Shown here: in pieces, positions 24,301 through 32,771 of the stretch
How positions within the stretch are numbered: position 1 is the stretch's first letter
Layout: each line of letters starts with the position of its first letter
Source: Rhizaria sp. SCN 62-66
Lineage: Eukaryota
DNA: 35,602 bases
Reading direction: 5' to 3'
Assembly: GCA_001724265.1 (NCBI GenBank)
Contig: MEDY01000344.1
Location: forward strand, 1-35,602
Made by a program: the position numbers and the translations under genes
The notes under the pieces: generated by a model
Told to the model about the DNA's origin: nothing
The model's database searches: none
The model's input: only the letters and a program-made list of their open reading frames with translations

Positions 24301-25131
24301 CGCGGAGCGCAGCGCCTGGCGGCGGTCGGTCAGCGTTGCCAGCGCCGGGGTAGCGCGCGCGGCGGCGGCGGCGGACACCACGGCTGCGCCACCAAGAGCG
24401 CCGCCAGAGCTGTTGTTGCCGCTGCTGCTGCTGGAGGTGGGCCTTGAGGCGGCGGCCGCGGCAGCGGCGGCGGATGTGGGCGCGTGCTGCGCGTAGCCGG
24501 TGGTGTACGCGCCCTGCTGCTGCGGCTGTGGCTGTGCCTGCTGTGCGTACGGCTGCTGTTGGTGGTGATATGGTTGATACGGGTGTTGCTGTGGCTGCGT
24601 GTGGGCATGTGCGTGAGCCGGAGCGGCGTAGCCGAGCGACATGTGGTGCTGCTGCGGGGGCACGGCGCCTAGCTGCGGCCGGCCATACGCGTGCGCCTGT
24701 TGCGGGGTTCCGTACTGCAGCGGCGGCTGCTGCTGCTGCGGGTGCTGCGGCTGCTGGTAGGGAAGCTGCACATGCTGCTGCTGCTGAGGGTAATGCTGCG
24801 GGACCTGCGGGTGCTGATGATAGCCTTGCACACCTTGCTGCATCATCCCGCCGTGGGGAGGCGAGCGCATGCCGCCTGCGCCGGCGACGCCGGGCGCGGC
24901 CCCAGAGACGGGCATGTTTGGTGAGCCCATCGCGCCGTGGGGCGGGTAGTGCCCACCCTGAACGGGCTGCACCGGCGTCATCGGCGCACCCGCGTACTGT
25001 GTAAAGGGGCCGTTGTAGTGGGACCGCGCTGAGGCGTGTTGTGGAGTCCCGTTGTATGCGGGAGTGCCTGCGTTGGCCTGCGGTTGCTGCGTCGGCGCGG
25101 AGCCCGCCCAGTGTTGATTGGGATGGGACAT
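21385..25131 (-). CDS. Hypothetical 1248-aa protein with Q/P/Y/H-rich (prion-like or activation-domain-like) N-terminus and Ala-rich body
   Basis: Long uninterrupted ORF with ATG start and TAA stop, bounded by AT-rich flanks; no family recognised. Confidence 0.7.
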   Translation of the reverse strand: MSHPNQHWAGSAPTQQPQANAGTPAYNGTPQHASARSHYNGPFTQYAGAPMTPVQPVQGGHYPPHGAMGSPNMPVSGAAPGVAGAGGMRSPPHGGMMQQGVQGYHQHPQVPQHYPQQQQHVQLPYQQPQHPQQQQPPLQYGTPQQAHAYGRPQLGAVPPQQHHMSLGYAAPAHAHAHTQPQQHPYQPYHHQQQPYAQQAQPQPQQQGAYTTGYAQHAPTSAAAAAAAASRPTSSSSSGNNSSGGALGGAAVVSAAAAARATPALATLTDRRQALRSAAAAAVALQAASAALHASWTGTVTATPAAAVAGTPAHTALRTALLEQHAGVVQAEATLAAARARLRAPAPVSAAAASAGGTAAAAARAADAASEAFLCPGLDGASSGLAGSGAAVAGGAADPVHANNAPYASPAVTGPGASAGAMLLEETPLLLRRTVWLNGASAGLTYSAPFLSLSSAAAGPAAAGGVGARADWAGLGADSVRADRADRSANSPNSKDGDRESSCNSSASAADAVRAADAVRAAAGGHAMHGGPLPPLSSQFASPQTPLWAELAAVPAGDAAASRAVDTFDSTAGTGSSGGGGVVAEAPPPMVTVSHLRPVHALASFAAARLASRLAVPAPASLPVPRAAGSGPAFGAVAGPLAAQRAHLRATAAAASAAAAAAAAAGATSARGTLTLGGEVATVSAGGAQSTVVAAAGDRAAPAVSTTAAAAATTAAIAAAAATLTAPTVVKTESETESGASAAVTEPCAVAGACALARAVQSAHAASTLTVLLLRGAPSTNPAHHAPGLNNATEALLLHFPAYAAAPAGPAAAATATAGAAAVAMAVGRFHRGAGAGHWVLNASDASPTAEPAGGAQTVRRGGWTPFSVSLRQAQAPTAVVRVCRRWRPVDLALLSPADAAVAAPADSATALLERLLAAERERVSAAIADGASGVSIGRGRLACVATTSELIAFETTVNVNARAGADATAAPASISRARPTAIGAVFASPTLSAPVITALGALLLAAAAETAASPAPAAGSAAAAVIARGALAAAPPSLALSGLNRSVAAAALAVCGATPSPSHGDSSSSGDGQKSGGRLVPLLTTLLWARAVLAALWAPRAPTAAAPAHIQTFPTVAALAALSAATAAAAAGAGSGAPPRPARAPQPLPAVQRQEWCVSVGSGGGSGDEDVAAAIGGAAQPWSGLALALALSLPDAAVALLPTRAGVRAQRSLPPLPLSQMPVSASTLGALYAAALPEAFAQYEGGWW

Positions 25132-25494
25132 CCTCCTGGTAGAACCATGATTATAGAATGCGAATTAAAAATGAATGTATGTTAAAAAGTTGGATTTTAC
25201 GAAACTTTCTTGGACTCGTATTATGACGAATGCTCTTGTCGCACAACTCACATTCAGTTAGCCCAGAAATGTCAGACCAGATTCGCCTGATGCTCACGGT
25301 CGTGCTCTCGCCAAGTCCGCACTACAGCTACAAAACAGTGGATAATCATCGAATATTGTCCCTTTATCGAATATATTATTGAACTTTCCAATAGATCTGT
25401 GGCAAAAGATCACAAATACAACTTAAACATCTCCAAATATATTCATATATGCCTCCATCTTGTCAAGATACTCCACGAGTTGTTGCGGTGCATC

Positions 25495-26388
25495 ATGCCC
25501 AGCTTCAAGTCCAAACCGCGCGCACTGTAGGCGCCACGCTCACCGCGCACGCCCCCACGCGACAAGCGTCGCGCCGATGTGCCCTCTGTCACGCTGCACG
25601 ATGCCACTCTTGCTATCGACCAAGTCTTGCCCTCACCAGAAGCCGACTCAGAGGTTGCAGTCGAGGTCATTGCTCCGAGGTCTCGCACTGGCGCAGCTCC
25701 GAAACAACAGCTAATCATGCAACAGAACCGCGCAAACACGCGTAGCTCTAGCAATAGCAAGCTCGTGGCACAGAGCAGCAGAAACGTGGACGCCAGCGAC
25801 AACGACGGAGACAGCGACGACGACCGCGAGAACACGAACGACAGCAGCACGAACGGCACGAGTCGCGGAGACAGAAACGGGCGCAGTCGCACCTTGGTGA
25901 CAAAGCGTGTCGCCCAGCAGCAGCTGCCCTCGGTCACATGCCGCTTGCAAGCCCGCGCCCTAAAGTCCTCTGCATCAGCGCCCGCAGCGGCGGCGGTGAG
26001 TTCAGTCACCACGGCGAAAACGAAGACATCTGTGTCCACGGTCACGCAATGTGCACCCGCATCAGAAACGCAGTGGACGAGCGCGACAGTAGTCACGGTA
26101 ACCTCTGGTGCAAAGACTGAAACCCAGAAGGTCGTGGTGGCAACGGGCCCGCCCGCGCCTGCGAGTGTCGCACGCTACGAGCAGGCTCGCACACTGGTCA
26201 CAGCGACCACAAACGCGATTGGGCAGCACAACAACAACAACAACAACAACGGCTTCACGGCAGAAGGATTCACCGCCTTCCATCTGTCAGGGCGCCCACT
26301 CACGACGCTGCCGCTCCGGCTCCTCTGTGCGCCGTTTATGATGGCGACGGGTAGCGGCGACCAGAACAGTCCGCGGCCAAAGTTGTGA
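25495..26388 (+). CDS. Hypothetical low-complexity protein (about 297 aa); probable ATG at 25495 with in-frame TAG at 25528-25530
   Basis: CATC-ATG CCC AGC TTC AAG...CTG TAG GCG... is in frame with the GTG-started ORF 25579-26388; the GC-rich segment begins near this ATG; ends TGA. Divergent from the 25131 gene. Confidence 0.5.
26228..26250 (+). repeat. (AAC)n microsatellite encoding poly-Asn
   Basis: caacaacaacaacaacaacaac run within the CDS (HNNNNNNNG). Confidence 0.8.
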
Positions 26389-26583
26389 CCGACCATACAA
26401 GGTCTGGATGAGATTCGCAGTACCAGAAAAGTATATTCCTGCGATATCTTGATCGTCGACACGACATTACTTTAAATTATAATATGTAATTGATACTTTT
26501 TAATGTGGATTCAAATTGCCAGCTAGTGAAAACTCACATATCTGCACATTTGCTTCTTCGATGCATTCCCGCAGCCCAAGCAC

Positions 26584-27570
26584 ATGGTCTGTTGCTTCGG
26601 CGTCTGCCTGCCTACGTGGCAGCTGATCCCTCTCATCACCCTGGTCGCGTACCAGGTTGTATCTTTTTTCGCGCGTCAGTGCTCCCGCCGCCCGCTCGAG
26701 ATGAAGCCCCTGTCTGCGGCCCGCGCGCGCGCACTTGTGGTGCGCATGCTACAGGCCAAGGCGCCTGGCCTCTTCACCACCCTCGTCGCCAACGCCACAT
26801 CTGCCTCGTCCTCCGCGCTGCCGTCCGTGCCCGCGCTGCACATCACGAGCGCGGACGACTACCGCGCTCTGGTCAAGCTCACCACAATCGACCCTGAGGC
26901 CGTCGTGCTTGTCAAGGTCGGCGCGTATTGGTGCCCGCCGTGCCGCGCAATCGCGCCCGCCGTCGACGCTGTTGGTGTCGCGGTCCACAAGCAGGGGCTC
27001 GCCGCCGTCGCCGCAGCGCTCGCCGCGCTGCCCGCCGGGAGCGTCACCACGGAGCGCTATTCAGACGCCGCGGCGGACGCGTTGCTGCCTATCGTGCCCA
27101 CCCCCGCACTGAAGCCTCCTGCGAAGGATGAGTGCGAGGTCGTGTGCGAGGGTGGCGTCTGCGAGATGCGCAAGAAGAAGCCCGCTGCCACTAGTGCCAC
27201 TACTGCCGACTCTGCCCCTGCTGCCACTGCTGCGTCTGCCTCTGCGTCTGCAGATGCCGATGCTGATGAGAATGAGAACGCGGAGGACGAGGGCCTTCTC
27301 GCAGAGCGCGCGCGCGCTGCCGCTGCCGCCGCCGCCGCCGCCGAGGCTGCCGAGATCTCTGCGCACCTGGCGGCCCCGCTGCCGCGTTTTCTCATCGCGG
27401 ACGTTGACGTGGCGCGCGTGCAGGGCCTCGACTCGCTTGCCTCTGTGCTGCCCACCTTCCTCGTCATCGCCAAGGGAACCACGGTGGACTCGTTCCGCGG
27501 CGCGAACCCGTCCACGCTCGTGTACACCGTACAGAAGCACATGTTTGTTGACTGCCGCTCGGTTGTCTGA
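26584..27570 (+). CDS. Membrane-anchored thioredoxin-domain protein (WCPPC) with a long internal insertion
   Basis: N-terminal TM 'WQLIPLITLVAYQVVSFF'; 'VVLVKVGAYWCPPCRAIAP'; the fold resumes at 'FLIADVD...VLPTFLVIAKG...FRGAN'; ends TGA. Confidence 0.85.
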   Translation: MVCCFGVCLPTWQLIPLITLVAYQVVSFFARQCSRRPLEMKPLSAARARALVVRMLQAKAPGLFTTLVANATSASSSALPSVPALHITSADDYRALVKLTTIDPEAVVLVKVGAYWCPPCRAIAPAVDAVGVAVHKQGLAAVAAALAALPAGSVTTERYSDAAADALLPIVPTPALKPPAKDECEVVCEGGVCEMRKKKPAATSATTADSAPAATAASASASADADADENENAEDEGLLAERARAAAAAAAAAEAAEISAHLAAPLPRFLIADVDVARVQGLDSLASVLPTFLVIAKGTTVDSFRGANPSTLVYTVQKHMFVDCRSVV

Positions 27571-27988
27571 GCGCTGTCCAGCATACAGCCGGACAGTGCA
27601 ATGCAGTTTTGCGTCTCAAAGTGTCCGATTGCAACGCGTTAAAGACTTGCGCGCGAACATGAAATCACAAATTATACTTACGTGGGCCACATGTGACCTC
27701 ATAATGCAATCGTATGTTGAATACATATATTCTTGTTATTTCGTACTTATCCAGCTTCATTGCCACTGTACTTTATTAATTCGTTGAAGGACCGTGAAGA
27801 AGGTCGCACTCAGGCGCTGCTTAGGATCTGCAGCTGTGGTGGCAGCGGCAACGGCCAACGGCTAGATGAGTTGAAATGAAAAACGGCACCCAGCTGTGAG
27901 AACTCGTCAAATAGAGGCACTGGTCAATTTCTAAACGTAAATCCATTATAAATATATAATCCTTTAATAACACTCTGAAAGCACTCAG

Positions 27989-30900
27989 ATGGACTCGATT
28001 ATCACAGCCCTTCTCGAGGTACGTCCACCCACTAACTTCACTCATCCACATCGCCAGCTCTCTTGACTAGTCTGCCAATGAAGACACTGCTAAGACAATC
28101 ATATATCTGGACGACAACTGCATTACATTACTCTATTCCAGGATGGCTTGGTTGAGTCCGCAAACCTGCTCTGCGACCTGCACGGCTCGCATCCGCAGTC
28201 GCACACGTTCGCGCCGCTCAGCGGGACAGTCTGGGGCGATGCGCTCGCGGCCTGGGGCGAGCACGGCCGCGCGCGCCAGCTCTACGCCGCCGTCCCGGCC
28301 ACGCGTTTTGCGGGCCCCGCCGACGTGCAGTTGCTGACCGTGCTGTCGCCGAGCGTCACAGCGCCTGCGCAGTGCCCCAAGGCGGTCGCCGCACTGCGTT
28401 GCGCTGAGACGCACGCCCGCTGCGGCGACGCCACTGCCGCGCTGGCCGCGCTCGCGCCCTTCGCCCCCGCGGCGCTACCTGAGCCCGACGACGCTGCGGC
28501 CCGCGCCGCAGCGGCCCACGGCGGCGCGCTGGCCTATATCACTGCCTGCGGAGGAAGTGCGCTGCCGCTGCGCGGACTGGTGCTACTGGCGCGTCTGCAT
28601 GATGACGCGGAGCCCTCCGCCGCGCCTAGCGCTGCCACTGTAAAGGGCACTGCGGCCGCGGCGTGGGCGCTTGTTACGACGCGCTGCCCGCTCGCGCTTG
28701 AGGCTGCAGTGGCGCTTGTCTGCGCGGGCTACGGTGCGCTGGCCGCACAGCTGCTCGTTCAACTCTACCCTGACAGCAAAGACGTCGCTCTCGCGTCAGT
28801 GGCGGCGGACGGCGCCGCGGTGGCCGGACAGCTGCCATGCGTGCTTGCCGCGATGGCCGCGTACCGCGCGCGGTGCCGCGAGCGCGACGGCAGTGGCGAC
28901 TATGACGACACCGAGAGCATCGATGGCTCCGACAACAACGATGAAGAGGAAGGAGGAGAAGAAGACGGCCACAACGCGAACGCAATGTGCGACGACTCAT
29001 TCGTGCTCCCGCGCCCGCGCGTGCGTCCGCAATCCCGACTGGCCGCTGCGGCCGCCGCTGCAGCCGCGCACGCCCGTTCGACAGCCGAAGGTAGCAGTGG
29101 CGGCACGAGCGGGAAGCTGGGTTTCGTGTCCCCGCTAGCTGCGCACGCAGCATCCTTGCGTTCGCTCACAGGCCGGCTTGCGCACCGCGTCTCGGGCATA
29201 GGCCTGCCCGGAAGCACTGCAGTTGGCGCAAACGCCGCAGCCGCCGGCGGGATGCCTGCGCCCGCGCCTCAGCGCCGCACGCTCACCCGCACCACGGCCT
29301 ACACCGCTGCCGCTGCTGCCGCGGCTTCGGGCCCGTCGCTGGCGCCGACGCCGGCCACAGTGGCGCGGCCCCGGCGCGGCACGGCGGCCAAGCTCTGCTT
29401 TGACACGCCGGCACTCGGCGCAACGCCGGGACCTAGCTCTGCGACTGCGAGTACTGCTGTTGTTGCTGCTGCTGCTGCTACGGGTACGGTGCCACCGGTT
29501 ACGCCGCGGGGCGCCAAGCGCGCGTTCCCTCGTCCCAGCCTTGCCCCGCCCTCCGCGGCCGCAGCGACCGCCTACGGCCACGGCCACGGCTCGTTTTCGC
29601 TGGCGACGCCCGCCGCGCCCGCGCCCGCGACGACTGCGCGCACCCGCGGCGCCGGCGCGCTACCCGCGGCCCCTCAGCGCGCGGGCGCGGCGTCGCGCAC
29701 TTCCCTCACTGCCAGCGCTGCAGGGTTTGCGCCCGTACCGATGGTTGTGGCCACGCCCGCGCCCGCCGCGAGCGCTGCAGTGCCCGCGTCAGCTGTGGGC
29801 ACCGCGCGGGTTGGCACGCGCACCAGCGCTCGCGCACGCAGCTCGCTCGCCCCGGCCGTCACGCCCGCGGCTGGCTTTGCAGGCGCCGGTGCAGCGCCGG
29901 CGACTGCGGCGCGCGGACGCGGCGCCACCGTCGCTGCGGCCACCGCAGTAGGTGCGCGTGCGCCCGCGCCGCCGGTCAAGGCGGGTCGCCGCAGCTCGGC
30001 CGCAACTGCAGGCTCGGCTCGCGCGCCGCTGACTGCGGTCCCGCTTGCGCTTGGTGACAGTGACGACGGCGATAGCGAGGACGACTACAAGCATGATAGC
30101 CGCGTTGTCGGTTTCAGTCTTGACGACACAAACGTCAACGACGAAGATGACGTTGACGATGATGACGATCAAGATGTTAACGCCGAGGCCGATGACAACG
30201 GCGAGGACGAGGAACAGTTTCACGACGCTGAAGTCTGGAACGGCGACGACTCGTTCGCGCTGAATCAGGCCGTCGCCGCCGCTGTGGCTGCCGCAGCTGC
30301 TGCTGCGTCGCCGCTGGGTGCCTCCGCATCCGTTGAGGCCGCTGCAACTGCGGCTGCGCTGGCTGCTGTGCGAACGCAGCGCGTGCGGCGTAACCCCGCT
30401 GACGTGCGTTTTGTGCGCAATCTGAAGGCCACCGGTGCCGCTCTTGCGGAATCACTGAAGCTTGCTGCCGACGCCATTGCGCTCTGGGGAAACAACAATC
30501 TCATTGAGGTACGATAACTGCCGTTTTTTTACAAACTATAAAGAACGCTCCACGATTTATATGTTGATAGAATTTTGCGCACTACGTTGTGAATATCACC
30601 TCAACCATACTTTGTATACTGAATTCTCTTTCGTAGGCATCGACTCACTTGCAGTCGCACCTGGTGGCGCGTCACCCGCGCGCAGTGACAGCGCTACTGT
30701 TACAAGCCACGGTTGAGGCGCAGTGGCGCTACCCATCGCACGTGGCCGCACTGCTGCAGCACGTGCGCACGGTGAGCCCGCTCGTCACAGTCGACATGGA
30801 CATCCTGTTGCAGTGGTTGCTTGAGGCAGGCGACTCCGTGGGGGCGCGCGCGCTCTTCCACAGCATGATTCAGCATGGTAACGCGCGTGCGCGTTGCGGG

Positions 30901-31902
30901 ACCGGCGCCGCGCTACCCGCGCCCGCCGCTGGATCTGCGTCCGGCGCGGCGCCCGCTACGCTCGCCCCGCCGCCGCACGCGCTGCTGCCGCCGAGCTCGG
31001 CCGCGCTCGCCTTCCCGCGCGCCGCGCGCGGCGAGCTGGCCGTCGCCGCCGCGCTCTGGCGGCTCACCGCCCCGCTAACGCTTGCGCTAACGCGCCTTGT
31101 GACTGGCCGGCCCGCGCACAGCGTCGACGCGCTGTTGGCCGCCGTGCCGGCGCCGCCCGCGCGCCGTGCCACGTACGCCGTGCTGCGCGCGCGCGCCGCG
31201 ATGAGTCCCGCCGCGCTCGACGCCGCCACATCTGCAAACTCCGCCAGCGGGGAGCCCCCGCTGAGCGCGAGCGGCGTGCTCGCGCGCGCCGAGCTCGAGG
31301 CCGCGCGGATCGGCGCGCTTGCCGCCGCGATGGGGCCGGCGCGCGACCGGCGACTCGCTGCTGCTGCGGCGGAGGCGGTGTTCACCGCGGCTACAATCGC
31401 CGAAAACGCAGTCAGGACGGGTGAGGTCGCTCCGGGCGCCGCGGCCAACGCGCTGGTGACGGCGCGCGTGGAGCTGCTTAGCGCGGCCAAGATGGCCGTG
31501 TTGACCGCGACCAAGGGCGACGGCAAGAGTCCGTACTTGCGTGCTCTGGCGTGCAAGGCCGTGCTGCTGACCGCTACGGGCCCCGAGCGTGCAACGGTCG
31601 CCAACTCGCTGACAGTCAAGCTGCGCGACATCCTGGGCACGGACCCGGCATGTGGCGAGGCGGCGATGCTGTTGGCGACACTGGCCGTGCGCGCGGGCGG
31701 CGCGGGGGCCGCGACGCTCGTGTCGGCCGCGTGCGAGGCACTGTTGCAGTGCGCGCGCGCGTCGCGGGCGCCGGAGCCGCGCGTTATGGCGGCGCTGGGG
31801 CAGCTTGCTGAGATGGCGCATTCCGCGGGGCCCGACGCTGCGGCGCGGTACTTGCGCTATGCTCGTTCTGAGGAACAAGACGGTGAGGCTGACAATGAGT
31901 AA
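27989..31902 (+). CDS. ANAPC7: Divergent anaphase-promoting complex subunit 7 (APC7)-like TPR protein; exons 27989-28018, 28142-30508, 30637-31902 (about 1220 aa)
   Basis: Spliced N-terminus 'MDSIITALLE|DGLVESANLLCDL', then 'WGDALAAWGEHGRARQLY', 'TRCPLALEAAVAL', 'LVARHPRAVTALL...HVRTVSPLVTVDMDIL', resembling recalled plant/animal APC7 blocks in the same order. Both introns are phase 0. Ends TAA. Confidence 0.7.
28019..28141 (+). other. Spliceosomal intron 1 of the APC7-like gene (123 nt)
   Basis: GAG|GTACGT...CTATTCCAG|GAT; supplies the ATG missing from ORF 28148. Confidence 0.75.
30509..30636 (+). other. Spliceosomal intron 2 of the APC7-like gene (128 nt)
   Basis: GAG|GTACGA...TTTCGTAG|GCA; AT-rich; joins ORF 28148 to ORF 30649 in frame. 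Confidence 0.85.
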
Positions 31903-32164
31903 GTGTGGTGTGATTACGTTTAATGTTACCTAGAACTTTGAAAAATATGTCAATTTTAAAACAAATTAAGTAAATAAAAAATCGAACTTAATCATATTTT
32001 TGTGTGTGTGAAGTTACGGATTTATTCTAAATAGTATTAGTGGCATGAAGCTGATGGGGCAGCAAACTTCACAACTGCGACGGGCACTACGTCAGTCACA
32101 TGGGGCCACTGATAAAATATCGCAAAACGTGCCACAAACAGCGTATAGTAGTATGGGGGGGAGC

Positions 32165-32503
32165 GGACTATAACTCACACGAACAAAAATGAACTATCGC
32201 ATAAGTCATCACAACTCACACGATCATAACTCAGTCACTGAGGACCAAAAATGAACTATCGCATAAGTCATCACAACTCACACGATCATAACTCAGTCAC
32301 TGAGGACGAACTATCGCATAAGTCATCACAACTCACACGATCATAACTCAGTCACTGAGGACTATAACTCACACGAACAAAAATGAACTATCACAACTTA
32401 CACAATCATAACTCAGTCACTGAGGACTATAACTCACACGAACAAAACTCAGTCACTGAGGTCTATAACTCACACGAACATAACTCACACGAACATAACT
32501 CAC
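32165..32503. repeat. Complex tandem repeat array, probably part of the element's terminal repeat
   Basis: Three identical 55-bp units (32191-32245, 32253-32307, 32308-32362), then shuffled sub-modules (TATAACTCACACGAACA); five copies of the palindrome CTCAGT-C-ACTGAG. Confidence 0.95.
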
Positions 32504-32771
32504 CATCCATGCTTTTTAAACCCCTAAATAAAACTCAGTGACTTCATAGGTCAACCCTCACACACTGTCTATCATAAAAAAATTGCCAGCATAATGTTCG
32601 ATGACGTTTACCAACAACGCCCATCCATCGGCATGCTGACAGGCTCTCAACACTCGTTTCGTTAACCCATGTTTACCACTAGTTTGCTGACCATATCCGT
32701 TAGCTGAGCCACTGTTTGCTCGAGCTCTGCGACTCGTTTCTGTAAGCGCTTGTGGGAAGCGTGCAGATGAT

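Noticed and set aside
261-31933. Numerous overlapping and antisense ORFs (e.g. 3293-4720 -, 21608-22729 +, 22763-23917 +, 14049-15131 -)
   Set aside because: Shadow ORFs expected from very high GC and codon bias; no recognisable motifs; they overlap better-supported genes.
32165-32503. CRISPR array
   Set aside because: The sequences between palindromes are themselves repeated rather than unique spacers; no cas genes; eukaryotic/viral context.
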